Source: a virus. Taken from it: 64,000 nt of DNA. Under the pieces are notes generated by a model, which saw only the letters and a list, made by a program, of their open reading frames with translations, made no database searches and was not told the origin of the DNA. The stretch covers positions 18,660 through 82,659 of the IMG/VR virus record IMGVR_UViG_3300027779_002770; one strand, given 5' to 3'. The position numbers and the translations under genes were made by a program. Below are positions 48,543 to 58,036 of this stretch, one piece after another (within the stretch, counting starts at the first letter, position 1; each line of letters opens with the position of its first letter).

Positions 48543-48724
48543 AAGACAAATGTGTAAGTTGTAATGTTGAAACTAAATATAGTAAACACGATCATATAGA
48601 TTATAGGCTTGGGTATGTTAGTGGTGCCGGCCAGCTATGTTTGGAATGTTATGATAAAATTTATATAAGAAAGGAAACTAGTTATGCAAAAAATCATAAA
48701 AGCAGTCTTAGACGATCTAGCTGA
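48539..48724 (+). CDS. small zinc-finger protein
   Basis: CVSC...GAGQLCLEC. Confidence 0.55.
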   Translation: MKDKCVSCNVETKYSKHDHIDYRLGYVSGAGQLCLECYDKIYIRKETSYAKNHKSSLRRSS

Positions 48725-48980
48725 AGGGCAAATCAATCTTGGCTCTAATGCTGCAAGAAAAACAATAGCAGATCTTATAACAGTAGCATTAAAAACTAGA
48801 GGGATCTATACCGCCGTAGGTAAAAAAGAAGATCAAAAGGCAATTGATTCTTGGGTATGTGAAATTTGTGGCAAAAATACATGGGATGTTGATTGTGATT
48901 ACATTGGATCAGGAACAAATCACTTAGGTTGCGAACTCAGTGATGACGCGTCACAGTTGCTAAACCTTGTAAAAAAGTAA
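48684..48980 (+). CDS. hypothetical protein with zinc-binding motif
   Basis: CEICG...HLGC. Confidence 0.55.
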   Translation: MQKIIKAVLDDLAEGQINLGSNAARKTIADLITVALKTRGIYTAVGKKEDQKAIDSWVCEICGKNTWDVDCDYIGSGTNHLGCELSDDASQLLNLVKK

Positions 48981-49059
48981 AAAAAGGCAAAAAAAAGCCT
49001 TTACTTTGTCGCGGATTATGCCTAGATTAGAGTATCAATTACAAGAGGTTACACATCAA

Positions 49060-51090
49060 ATGACAAAAATAAATCAAAACTCAAACTACTGGACTGGAAA
49101 TCTTACTGGATCTTTAGACATGTGGTGGAGGGAAGATGCAGAAGAAACACAAAAAGGACGTGATGTTGTTGCGCTAGCTTCCTATCGTGCTGCAATCGCA
49201 AATTATGTAAATATCGTTACAGGTCGTACAGACATTCCAGTTACTTATAATTCAGCTGATGAATCATTTACTGATGGTAAAAAAGTTTACCTTTCAGGTA
49301 ACATGAATGAAAAGAATTTTGATCCTAATGTTGGACTTGCTCTTCATGAAGGCAGTCACATTGTTCATAGTGATTTTGATCTTATTAAAGATCTTTGGAG
49401 ATATGTTACAGAGAAATACAGTCTCACCACTAATGATTATAAAGAATCATCTGCCGCAGAACAAACAACTAAGCGCATTAAAAATTTACTTAACTACGTT
49501 GAAGATCGTCGTATTGATTACTTGACTTTTAAGTCAGCTCCTGGGTATAAAAATTATTATCACGCAATGTATAATAAATATTTTAATTTTAGTGTTATTG
49601 ATAAGGCACTCAAATCAAATACACATCGTGAAGCCGATTGGGACAGCTATATGTTTCGTATCATGAACTTTACAAATGAGAACACTGATCTTGATGCACT
49701 CCCAGGTTTAAGAGAAATTTATCGTACAATTGGTTTTCAAAATATTTCTAGACTTAGAACAACTAACGATGCACTTGATGTTGCCTTTGAAGTTTATGAT
49801 CTTATTCTTAAACATGCTGATATTGATGCTATCAAGGACAATGATGAAGAAGCAGGAGATAATGGTGAAGGCGCTGAGGGGAACGAAGACGACGAATCTT
49901 CAGAAGGCACAGGTAGTGGTTCAGGAGAATCTGGTGATGCAGATCCTAATCAGGAAGCTGCACCTAGCTCTGATGATTCAGGTGAAGGCACAACAATTGA
50001 TTTACCTGAATTAACACCTAATCAAGAAAGGTCACTTGAAAGTGCTATTAAGAAACAAGAAGAATTACAAAATGGCAAATCTAAAAAAGTTAAATTGACA
50101 AAAGCTGAAAAGGGATCTGTAAAATCTGTTGAAGATTCAGGCGCTTATCAGGTTGAAGTTGGCACAGGTTCACATTCAACTCAAAAAACACATGTTGTTA
50201 TTTATCCTAGACTTACTGATTCAATGGTTAAATCATGTCAATCTTGGGAAAATAGAGAGCTGTATCCTTTCATGAGAACAAACAGCTATCATGGAGATAC
50301 TACAGCGGAGGCAATCAATAGAGGCCTTCTTCTTGGTAAGATTCTTGGTAAAAAACTTAAAGTTCGTAATGAGGAAAGAGTTACAAAGTGGTCACGCCAA
50401 GAGTCAGGAAGACTTGATAAAAGAATTATTGCAGAGCTAGGTTTTAATAATGATCGTGTGTTTAAAACACAATTGATAGAAAAATATAATGATGCATTTA
50501 TCCATATTTCAATAGATGCTTCTGGCTCAATGAGTGGTGAAAACTTTAATAATGCTCTTAAATCAACGGCTGCTATTTGTCAGGCTGCTTCAATGGCTGG
50601 AAACATACATGTTCAAGTTACATTGAGAACCACACTAACAAATAAAGGAATTGGCAGACCATTAATGGCCATTCTTTATGATTCAAAAGTTAATAAGATC
50701 GTTCACATTAAGAAATTTTGGAAGTACTTAACAGCATCAGGAACTACACCTGAAGGATTATGTTTCGAGGCTATTTCAAATCAAATCATTACTGATTCAG
50801 CTGGTCGTGATGCATTCTTTTTAAATTACTCTGACGGCATGCCATACTTCAGTGGTAAAGATTTTTACTACTCAGGTCATACAGCTGTTAAGCACACAAG
50901 AAGAGAGATCGAAAAATTTCGTAACGTTGGAATTGAAGTACTATCATTTTATGTTACTGATGGTTGGACTAGAGACGGTGCAATGTTAGATTTCAAAAAA
51001 ATGTATGGCAAAGATGCAACAACTATCGATCCCACAAAAATGGTTGCATTAGCAAAAGAATTAAATAAAAAATTCCTTCAAAAGTCATAA
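49060..51090 (+). CDS. vWA-domain protein with N-terminal HExxH domain (CobT-like partner of a MoxR AAA+)
   Basis: HEGSH, NYVEDRRI, acidic linker, MIDAS DASGSM, TPEG, SDG; start moved to ATG 49060. Confidence 0.82.
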   Translation: MTKINQNSNYWTGNLTGSLDMWWREDAEETQKGRDVVALASYRAAIANYVNIVTGRTDIPVTYNSADESFTDGKKVYLSGNMNEKNFDPNVGLALHEGSHIVHSDFDLIKDLWRYVTEKYSLTTNDYKESSAAEQTTKRIKNLLNYVEDRRIDYLTFKSAPGYKNYYHAMYNKYFNFSVIDKALKSNTHREADWDSYMFRIMNFTNENTDLDALPGLREIYRTIGFQNISRLRTTNDALDVAFEVYDLILKHADIDAIKDNDEEAGDNGEGAEGNEDDESSEGTGSGSGESGDADPNQEAAPSSDDSGEGTTIDLPELTPNQERSLESAIKKQEELQNGKSKKVKLTKAEKGSVKSVEDSGAYQVEVGTGSHSTQKTHVVIYPRLTDSMVKSCQSWENRELYPFMRTNSYHGDTTAEAINRGLLLGKILGKKLKVRNEERVTKWSRQESGRLDKRIIAELGFNNDRVFKTQLIEKYNDAFIHISIDASGSMSGENFNNALKSTAAICQAASMAGNIHVQVTLRTTLTNKGIGRPLMAILYDSKVNKIVHIKKFWKYLTASGTTPEGLCFEAISNQIITDSAGRDAFFLNYSDGMPYFSGKDFYYSGHTAVKHTRREIEKFRNVGIEVLSFYVTDGWTRDGAMLDFKKMYGKDATTIDPTKMVALAKELNKKFLQKS

Positions 51091-51120
51091 TGAAATATTT
51101 ATTAAAAATAGGAATTTCAT

Positions 51121-51402
51121 ATGAACACGAAAGACAAGCAAGATCTAGAATTGGTGCACTACAGGCTAGATGAGATGGATAAGAAGATTGATGAGCTAAA
51201 GTACACAATGAGAGATGATCACAAGAAGGTGGCTGAAAGCTTGAGTTTTATAAAAGAAAATTTATTTAATCCGAATGAAGGATTATGGGCAGAAACTAAA
51301 CAAAACACGCTATTCAGAGACAATACAACAAAGTGGCGAAGTGTCATTGGAGTTGGTTTTATTGGATTAATGATAGATAAAGTATGGAATATGTTTAATT
51401 AA
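51121..51402 (+). CDS. small coiled-coil protein with C-terminal membrane segment
   Basis: Heptads, NP..GL, hydrophobic C-terminus. Confidence 0.55.
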   Translation: MNTKDKQDLELVHYRLDEMDKKIDELKYTMRDDHKKVAESLSFIKENLFNPNEGLWAETKQNTLFRDNTTKWRSVIGVGFIGLMIDKVWNMFN

Positions 51403-51426
51403 TTAAAAAAGCAAAGGTTATTAAGT

Positions 51427-52014
51427 ATGCAAGACAAGAACACATTGGCAGCAAATAGTAATGAGAACAATAATGTTGTATTATCGGATGACAGCAAACA
51501 ACATCCTAATTTTAAAAATACAAGGCATCATATAAGTTGGCCTAGCTGGGAAGAAGATGTTGCTGAGTTAACAACACAGCTAAACTTCCATGGAAATCCG
51601 CTAGATAGAGATTACCAATTTGTTTATGGCATCCCAAGAGGCGGTCTAACACTCGCGACACAACTTTCACATAGACTCGGAATTCCACTAGTTTCAGATG
51701 CTCCTGGCTATTGGATGCTAGACTGGTATCACTGGCGTATGAAACAAGGTATAGAGCTTAAAAGCAATTGTAAAAATATCTTAATAGCAGATGCAATATG
51801 TGATACAGGAGCTACAATAGATTATGTAGTTAAAGATTTCATGAATGCGATAAGACAAACAAAAGATCCTGATCAGTGGAGCATAACATTTTGTGCTGTT
51901 GACGTAGATCCTTCTGTTATTGATAAAGTCGACTACTACGTAAATATAAAGAACCCAAAACAGTGGTATGTATATCCCTGGGAGATTGGTTCACAAGAAT
52001 TATTAAGTTTATAA
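51427..52014 (+). CDS. phosphoribosyltransferase-fold protein (Gpt-like)
   Basis: GIPRGGL, ILIADAICDTGAT, W.VYPWE. Confidence 0.8.
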   Translation: MQDKNTLAANSNENNNVVLSDDSKQHPNFKNTRHHISWPSWEEDVAELTTQLNFHGNPLDRDYQFVYGIPRGGLTLATQLSHRLGIPLVSDAPGYWMLDWYHWRMKQGIELKSNCKNILIADAICDTGATIDYVVKDFMNAIRQTKDPDQWSITFCAVDVDPSVIDKVDYYVNIKNPKQWYVYPWEIGSQELLSL

Positions 52015-52026
52015 TGGAGAAGTATA

Positions 52027-52272
52027 ATGAGTATAGATAAATTCATGAAAGCAATCGAAGATGTAACATCTTTTATTGGTGCTAATAATGATGGTGACCA
52101 TTGGGGAACTATAACGTGGCATGATTCTGGGTGGGATAGAAAATGGAATGAAATAGGTACTGTGATCTCTCCCGATCACATTCAAAAAAGATCAGGTAGC
52201 GAGCGTAGAGATGAGATAAAAAAAGTACCAAAAAACGTTAAAGCAAAAAGAAAATCAATACGAAGAAAATAA
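52027..52272 (+). CDS. hypothetical protein
   Basis: SD GGAG. Confidence 0.5.
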   Translation: MSIDKFMKAIEDVTSFIGANNDGDHWGTITWHDSGWDRKWNEIGTVISPDHIQKRSGSERRDEIKKVPKNVKAKRKSIRRK

Positions 52273-52394
52273 TATGAAACAAAAAGAAAGTAACAGAAGT
52301 GCTAAAATAATTAGTGTATTGAGAAGTATGAATGACACTGCTCAAAAGACAATAGAAATATTAGAAAGAATTGAAACTAAATTGGAGAAGATAA

Positions 52395-52655
52395 ATGGCA
52401 ATTAAAATAATGGCTGAACGTCAGGCCCCTGGAGACCGATGGCTGCTAACTGAAGAGGCGATTGATAACTATGATGATCAAATCGTGCAAACTAGTCTAA
52501 CATCATGTCTTAATGAAATATTTAAACATACGGGCGAGACAAATTTTATTGTTGATGCTAAAGCTGGTGAAGTAAGAGTTGAAACTGAGAAGACTAAAGG
52601 CCCACAAATTTGGGACTTATATGGCGAAAAACAACAACAAGTATTGCGAGGTTAA
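52395..52655 (+). CDS. hypothetical protein
   Basis: SD GGAG; PGDRW motif. Confidence 0.55.
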   Translation: MAIKIMAERQAPGDRWLLTEEAIDNYDDQIVQTSLTSCLNEIFKHTGETNFIVDAKAGEVRVETEKTKGPQIWDLYGEKQQQVLRG

Positions 52656-52658
52656 AGT

Positions 52659-52898
52659 ATGCAAAATCTAAACAAACCTGCACAATTAAACATTGATCCA
52701 AAAGATTTAGATGATATTGCGTGTAACGGACGTGGACATTTAAGCTGTGGCAGTATAAACTTCAAACAAGTCTTCCAAATGAAAAAGCTATCAGCCCTTA
52801 TGGCACCTGATGGCCGTGATCAAATGATTACAATACCAGTTTTTATTTGTGATGACTGCGGACTACAATTAAACTGGGGTACAGAAGCAACAACATGA
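52659..52898 (+). CDS. small zinc-ribbon protein
   Basis: C..CG....F...CDDCG. Confidence 0.55.
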   Translation: MQNLNKPAQLNIDPKDLDDIACNGRGHLSCGSINFKQVFQMKKLSALMAPDGRDQMITIPVFICDDCGLQLNWGTEATT

Positions 52899-53248
52899 CA
52901 AAACGAATTATCTCAGCAATACACATAGTGATAGTTTCTGTAGCATTGTTATACTGTTCACTAAGGGCACAAAAGATTTATTCTGTCAAGTATCGTAATC
53001 AATCTGATTTATCAGTTTACGTGACTGATTATCCTGCACAGGCAGATTTATTAGTATACAAAGTAAAATACCGTGATAGAGCTGGTGATAAAAGTGGTTG
53101 GTGGTATTTTGAAAAATATTCTAATACAGCAGACAAGAAGATTTATTTTGAAAAATATCCTGTAAGTGCAGACTTGAAGATTCATTTTGTACAATACAAG
53201 AGTAACGCAGGCTGGAGAAGGCCACATAGACAATACCTACTACAATGA
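52895..53248 (+). CDS. secreted protein with internal ADL.VY repeats (DUF6150-like)
   Basis: Signal peptide; SDLSVYV, ADLLVYKV, ADKKIYF, ADLKIHFV. Confidence 0.65.
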   Translation: MTKRIISAIHIVIVSVALLYCSLRAQKIYSVKYRNQSDLSVYVTDYPAQADLLVYKVKYRDRAGDKSGWWYFEKYSNTADKKIYFEKYPVSADLKIHFVQYKSNAGWRRPHRQYLLQ

Positions 53249-53639
53249 AATTAACTGACATCATATTCTTTTATACCAATCTAGTATTCACTGGTATTGT
53301 AATACTAACCACAGTATTAGCAGGACTATTCATATACTCCCTATTCTGGTTGCTAATAGTGCCACCAATGTTTTTATCAGATGTGTTTACTACACTCATA
53401 CGCAATAGACGATGAAGAATCTATTTATATTTGTATTCCCATTCTTAAGAACACCAACTGAGGAAGAGATGGAAGGATTTAAAGATTACATAATAATGTT
53501 CTATGAGTTTAGGTATGAGCTTATAAGTTTCGAGTTGGCATATGCATAACATCACGCGCGACCCGGCCGAGGACACTGAACGCCGGCTGCCGCGCGCGAC
53601 GCGCGGCGCCGCCGAAATTTCTCACGTGCCCGAACTTTC

Positions 53640-54015
53640 CGGATCTAACAGTAATGAAGGCAAAGCGAGAGCTCTCATATCAGGTGACCTCCCCGCGGGG
53701 CGGGGGCCTAACGGCGATCCAACCAACCAGAGTAATAATGACAACTGGTTCCATGCATTTGCATGGACCTCAATGCGGATGTTGAACCCCCATTATCTCC
53801 ATGGAGATATAGATGGAAAAAACTGGATACACCGAGAGGGGCCAGAACTCTTGCAAGGGACATCCGCAAAAACATCGGCTAGCTCCGCAGGTAGTTATAT
53901 GGATGCCTTGAGACTGCAGACTCGCGTAAAGCGAGTCCAATATGACTCAACACCAGGATATAACGCGCCATCCCTTTGGGATGGCTGCTTAGTAAATCCT
54001 CGGAGCAGCCGATCC
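53640..54015 (+). ncRNA. candidate large structured non-coding RNA, family unassigned
   Basis: At least ten helices including nested long-range pairs, GNRA loops, directly 5' of tRNA-Gly; strand inferred from the tRNA and GNRA loops. Confidence 0.6.
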
Positions 54016-54037
54016 ACATCTATTCACGAATTGATGT

Positions 54038-54108
54038 GCGAGTATCGTATAGCGGTAATACCCCAGCCTTCCAAGCTGGTGACGTCAGTTCGATTCTGTC
54101 TACTCGCT
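54038..54108 (+). tRNA. tRNA-Gly (anticodon TCC)
   Basis: GCGAGTA/TACTCGC acceptor stem, U73, GTAT/ATAC D-stem, CCAGC-CTTCCAA-GCTGG, TTCGATT T-loop (one T-stem mismatch); CCA not encoded. Confidence 0.9.
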
Positions 54109-54319
54109 CAAACTCCTATTCCAGGTAACCACTATAGCAATGGTCTACCGGACAGTAGACCTGCAGAGGCCTCCTATCATATGCTAACACCATAAGATAC
54201 TTTGCAGAGACATACTATATAATATAATACATGGGATAGGAGTAATTTGACTAAGTCATAGTCACAGTGACCATGCTAATGACCAAGGTACATGTATTCA
54301 CATGATACCAATAAACTAG

Positions 54320-54372
54320 TCTTTCAGGAAGATAACTGATCCTACGAATGTATCTTTCAGGAAGATAACTGA
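54320..54372. repeat. 20-bp direct repeat TCTTTCAGGAAGATAACTGA x2, 33-bp period
   Basis: Exact copies at 54320-54339 and 54353-54372. Confidence 0.9.
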
Positions 54373-54770
54373 CCCCCCACCCAATACAATATAAACGGTA
54401 CATGTATACAAGTACATCCATCCATGCCCACATGGATACCCCGCAAGTATCATTTAAGGCTCTCCGCTACCCTGTAATATACATCAATGCACTATGTAGC
54501 ATAGATGATACACTGATGGTAGAGTGTTATGGGTGCTGTTGTATATGACCACGTCACACATCCTCCAGTACTTGGCAGCTATCGTAGAAGCTTACTCACG
54601 TATTTATCAAGTTAATGCCTATTTATTGGTATGAAGTATCAGAATCAACATATCCCTACTATGCTCACGCGCGCGTCGCTTTTTCTTTTTCCGCCCGGCA
54701 GTGTAAGTGAGGCTAAGTATATATGACATAATGACATACCCAGTATATACAGAAACATTAAAGGAATTAC

Positions 54771-55121
54771 ATGATGGACTCGTTTAAGCATAATGGACAA
54801 TTAGAGAACAACCAGAGGTATATTACCAAGAAGCAGCTAGCAGAGAGACTCGGGGTAACTGAGGTAAGCATCGACAATTGGCGGAGGACCGGGGCTCTAC
54901 CGTATATCAAGATGGGTGCTAGTACTAATAGCAGGGTTTTGTTTGATATGAATGATGTTGAAGACTATATGGAGAGGCGTAAGCTGAATGTGGGTGAGAG
55001 ACGACACCTTCAGGGGTTACATAGGGCTAATGGTTCTTTTAAGCCTAAGCATGAGGATGAAGCTGATGATAGTCACGTAGAAGATACAGCTAATTGGGAT
55101 GCACCGCCAGACATATACTAA
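54771..55121 (+). CDS. excisionase/MerR-like winged-HTH DNA-binding protein
   Basis: YITKKQLAERLGVT..SIDNWRR.G.LPYIK.G...VLF....V. Confidence 0.82.
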   Translation: MMDSFKHNGQLENNQRYITKKQLAERLGVTEVSIDNWRRTGALPYIKMGASTNSRVLFDMNDVEDYMERRKLNVGERRHLQGLHRANGSFKPKHEDEADDSHVEDTANWDAPPDIY

Positions 55122-55294
55122 ATAGCACGTCTAGCAAGACGTCGGTTTTACCTCGAGGGCCGCAGCCTAGAGCCCTACGGCTCAGAATCAGCAGTTACTA
55201 AACAAAAATACTTTCACTTTTAGCAAAAAAAGCCTTTCATCTTAAGCTTAGAATGCTTATATTAGGGCATCAAATACAAGAGGTTACACATCAA

Positions 55295-56485
55295 ATGAAA
55301 CAATACAATTTAACACCAGACACCGTCGTAGTAAAAATCGAGGCACGTGGTACGCGACTCGTAGCTATTGACGCTAAGGGTAACAAGGTTAACGGTCCTT
55401 CCAAAAAGTGGAAGACTACTGCCTTCGATACTAACTGTGCGCTAGCAGAGATCATAGGTTCAACCGGCAGGGGCTACTGGAGACCGGTAGAGATGGATGA
55501 GTTCAACAGCCGGGCTAACATACCTGCTCCAATGGAGCCGATTGAAGTACCCAACGATCATGGTGAAGTACTAGATTTTATCCATTCATCTTATAAGCTT
55601 AAACCGGCTAGCCTGGTTATGAATGAGTTGAAGTGGAAGTACCTTGTACGCTCTGCTGTACGTGGTAAGAATATTATGATGACCGGTCCTGCTGGTTGTG
55701 GTAAGACTATGGCTGCTAGAGCACTGGTTAAATCACTAGACAGACCGGACTTCTATTTTAATATGGGTGCTACCCAAGATCCCCGAGCTACCTTAATCGG
55801 CAACACACACTTTTCAAAGGACACTGGGACTTATTTCACTGAGTCAGCCTTTGTTAAAGCGATTATGACATCTAATGCCGTTATACTAATGGATGAGTTA
55901 TCCAGGGCTCACCCAGACGCATGGAACATCCTAATGACCGTGTTAGACGAAGGACAAAGATATCTTCGGTTGGATGAGGCAGAAGGACAGGCAACTATTA
56001 AGGTAGCTGAAGGGGTAACATTCATCGCGACTGCTAACGTTGGTAATGAGTACACCTCTACCAGAGTTATGGATAGAGCGCTAGTTGATAGGTTCACACA
56101 GATCGAGATGGATGTACTGAATAAAGATCAAGAAGCTGGACTACTTAAAGCACTCTACCCAGACGTAGACTTTAATATACTTGAGAACCTTGCTGAACTA
56201 TCCCATATAACTAGGGTAGAGTCACAAGGCGACGATGGTAAGTTATCAACCCACGTATCTACTAGAACATCAGTAGAAGCGGCAAGTCTAATACATGATG
56301 GCTTCACCCTTAGTGAAGCAGCCGAAGTAACAGTGCTACCCCGATTCGATAGTACAGGTGGGCTAGAATCAGAGAGAACCTACGTAAAGCAGGTCCTCCA
56401 GAAGTTCCTTAACGATGGCTCCTCCGATGAGTTATTCTCCGATGTAGAAGAAGATGCTGAAAATCTAATGGACTCCAGCATATAG
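55295..56485 (+). CDS. MoxR/CbbQ-type AAA+ ATPase (CobS-like)
   Basis: GPAGCGKT, ILMDELSR, IATAN.G.EY, DRALVDRF, STR; start moved to ATG 55295. Confidence 0.88.
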   Translation: MKQYNLTPDTVVVKIEARGTRLVAIDAKGNKVNGPSKKWKTTAFDTNCALAEIIGSTGRGYWRPVEMDEFNSRANIPAPMEPIEVPNDHGEVLDFIHSSYKLKPASLVMNELKWKYLVRSAVRGKNIMMTGPAGCGKTMAARALVKSLDRPDFYFNMGATQDPRATLIGNTHFSKDTGTYFTESAFVKAIMTSNAVILMDELSRAHPDAWNILMTVLDEGQRYLRLDEAEGQATIKVAEGVTFIATANVGNEYTSTRVMDRALVDRFTQIEMDVLNKDQEAGLLKALYPDVDFNILENLAELSHITRVESQGDDGKLSTHVSTRTSVEAASLIHDGFTLSEAAEVTVLPRFDSTGGLESERTYVKQVLQKFLNDGSSDELFSDVEEDAENLMDSSI

Positions 56486-56506
56486 CAATCGCAAGATATG
56501 TAACCT

Positions 56507-56548
56507 CGTGGGGCGAAGGGCTGGTCTTTACTGATCAGCCGCCCCATG
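56507..56548 (+). terminator. strong hairpin 3' of the AAA+ gene (terminator or stabiliser)
   Basis: CGTGGGGC-[GAAG]-GGCTGGTC-TTTACT-GATCAGCC-GCCCCATG; the T-tract comes only ~25 nt later. Confidence 0.5.
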
Positions 56549-56876
56549 AACTCTCTGCCGAAATCGAAAACGGTTTTTTCTTTTTTTCATGGCTCAAGTC
56601 TATTTTTATATCAAGCATGCTTTTCAACCCTAGGAACAATATATATTAATAATGGCAGGCCATTACAGTTATATCAAATACATTGGTTATTAGCATGAAA
56701 ACAATAAGACATAGCAGACTACCTATCACACTAACTAGCTCAGATCGCCTTACACCTGATTTTTTAAGGGCTATAACTTTAGATCTTGGATGGTATGGTT
56801 GGGATAAATGGATAGACGAGTATGGGGAATGGTTCAGACCTAATAAGCAAAATAAAAATCAAATGGAGTTATTTAA

Positions 56877-57182
56877 ATGAGACTTATACTACTAATGCTT
56901 GCTAGCATACTATACAGCCAAGAGCTGCCAGAGATGGTACCGTACAGATTACTACCTTGTGACTATAGCCCAGATGAATGGTTAGAACTAGAGATAGAGA
57001 TCATAGCACCCATAACAACAGATGGGTTTCCCGCAGTGCACAAGGCAGAGACGTTAGAGATACTCTATGAAAGAATTAACTTTGAAGTTATTAACCCAGA
57101 GATGCGCAATGAAATGTTTAAGATAGATGGACAACAGTATTATTTAATTAGACTACCGTTTAATGGAGTACCATGGCAATAA
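56877..57182 (+). CDS. secreted hypothetical protein
   Basis: Short signal peptide; SD GGAG. Confidence 0.5.
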   Translation: MRLILLMLASILYSQELPEMVPYRLLPCDYSPDEWLELEIEIIAPITTDGFPAVHKAETLEILYERINFEVINPEMRNEMFKIDGQQYYLIRLPFNGVPWQ

Positions 57183-57532
57183 GAAAGAATACTATAATAT
57201 CAGATGCATCAGAAGTTACGTACAGCGTAGTTGAGAATTATGGATGGGATGCTCGCGATAAGAAACAACGAAAGGTTGGTACGATTACACAACTACAATT
57301 TATAGATTTAAAGGCAGAGGAAGCAGGTAAGCTCAGCAGGGCAGCATTGCTTGAGGAACTAAACTCAGAAAGGCAACATCCAAAGGTGGGGTCCGAGCGG
57401 CAGACCGATGACACGTTTTTGAAAAGTGGTAGAGTAATTGGAGAATGGCTTGAGTATCCACACAACAGAATAGTTTCTAACCCTCCCTTTTCTACCCGCA
57501 ATCCTTTCAGCTCTAGCAAAGATGACATTTAG
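57173..57532 (+). CDS. hypothetical protein
   Basis: SD GGAG; overlaps both neighbours. Confidence 0.5.
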   Translation: MAIRKNTIISDASEVTYSVVENYGWDARDKKQRKVGTITQLQFIDLKAEEAGKLSRAALLEELNSERQHPKVGSERQTDDTFLKSGRVIGEWLEYPHNRIVSNPPFSTRNPFSSSKDDI

Positions 57533-58034
57533 ATTCGGTGGTTTCGGTAAGGGCAGTTGTGCTAGCCCACGATGCAGTGGGACACGTAAGGGTAAAGCTA
57601 GCATCCGCCAGCCGGACAAAACGTATAAGAAGACAGCATCACCATTATGTCCCAGATGTACAAGGTACTACCAGGGTAAAGGTACACTTAAGGAAAATGT
57701 TGGTTTAGTTAAAAAAACGTTTTGTGAGAATTATGGTTGGTATGGCAGCATTGATGAATGGGGTGTAATACAGAGAGCTAATAGAACTGGACGTGATATG
57801 GCTGGTGGAGTTAATAAGGGCGCACTGTTTCCCTTCCTATGCCGCACAATACACGATGCTGATGGTACTATTCCGAATGGTTTATTACACTTAGATCATA
57901 TAGTCTCTGAAAGAGATAACGGTCCCAATACAGCAGATAATCTTAGAACATTATGTAGTCACTGTCACAGTACAATATCACTGTCAAGCGGTGATTATGT
58001 GAACCGACCTATACATATTAATAAAGAGGAGTAG
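57522..58034 (+). CDS. HNH endonuclease-like protein
   Basis: LHLDHI....NG.N..DNLRTLCSHCH plus N-terminal Cys pairs. Confidence 0.8.
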   Translation: MTFRFGGFGKGSCASPRCSGTRKGKASIRQPDKTYKKTASPLCPRCTRYYQGKGTLKENVGLVKKTFCENYGWYGSIDEWGVIQRANRTGRDMAGGVNKGALFPFLCRTIHDADGTIPNGLLHLDHIVSERDNGPNTADNLRTLCSHCHSTISLSSGDYVNRPIHINKEE

Positions 58035-58036
58035 TC

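Noticed and set aside
53620-53645. Minus-strand GGAAAGTTCGGGCAC resembling the RNase P RNA CR-I motif
   Set aside because: The other conserved regions (ACAGAAA, CGGCTTA) are not found downstream on that strand.
53640-54015. Calling the structured region a tmRNA, SRP RNA, group I or group II intron
   Set aside because: No tRNA-like ends or tag frame, no SRP helix 8, no domain V, no canonical P7 and no interrupted host gene; left unassigned.
53542-54195. 217-aa + strand ORF
   Set aside because: Runs through tRNA-Gly and the hairpin-dense region, has no SD or recognisable motif, and high local GC makes a chance ORF likely.
54320-54372. Possible CRISPR mini-array
   Set aside because: Only two 20-bp copies with a 13-bp spacer and no cas genes; the 17001 nuclease is a standalone phage PD-(D/E)xK enzyme.
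54771-55121. Excisionase implying a prophage boundary at tRNA-Gly
   Set aside because: No integrase in the window, no duplicated tRNA 3' end seen, and phage-type genes lie on both sides.
49060-56485. Cobalamin biosynthesis (cobS/cobT)
   Set aside because: No CobN or other cob genes; the motifs support only a generic MoxR AAA+/vWA pair.
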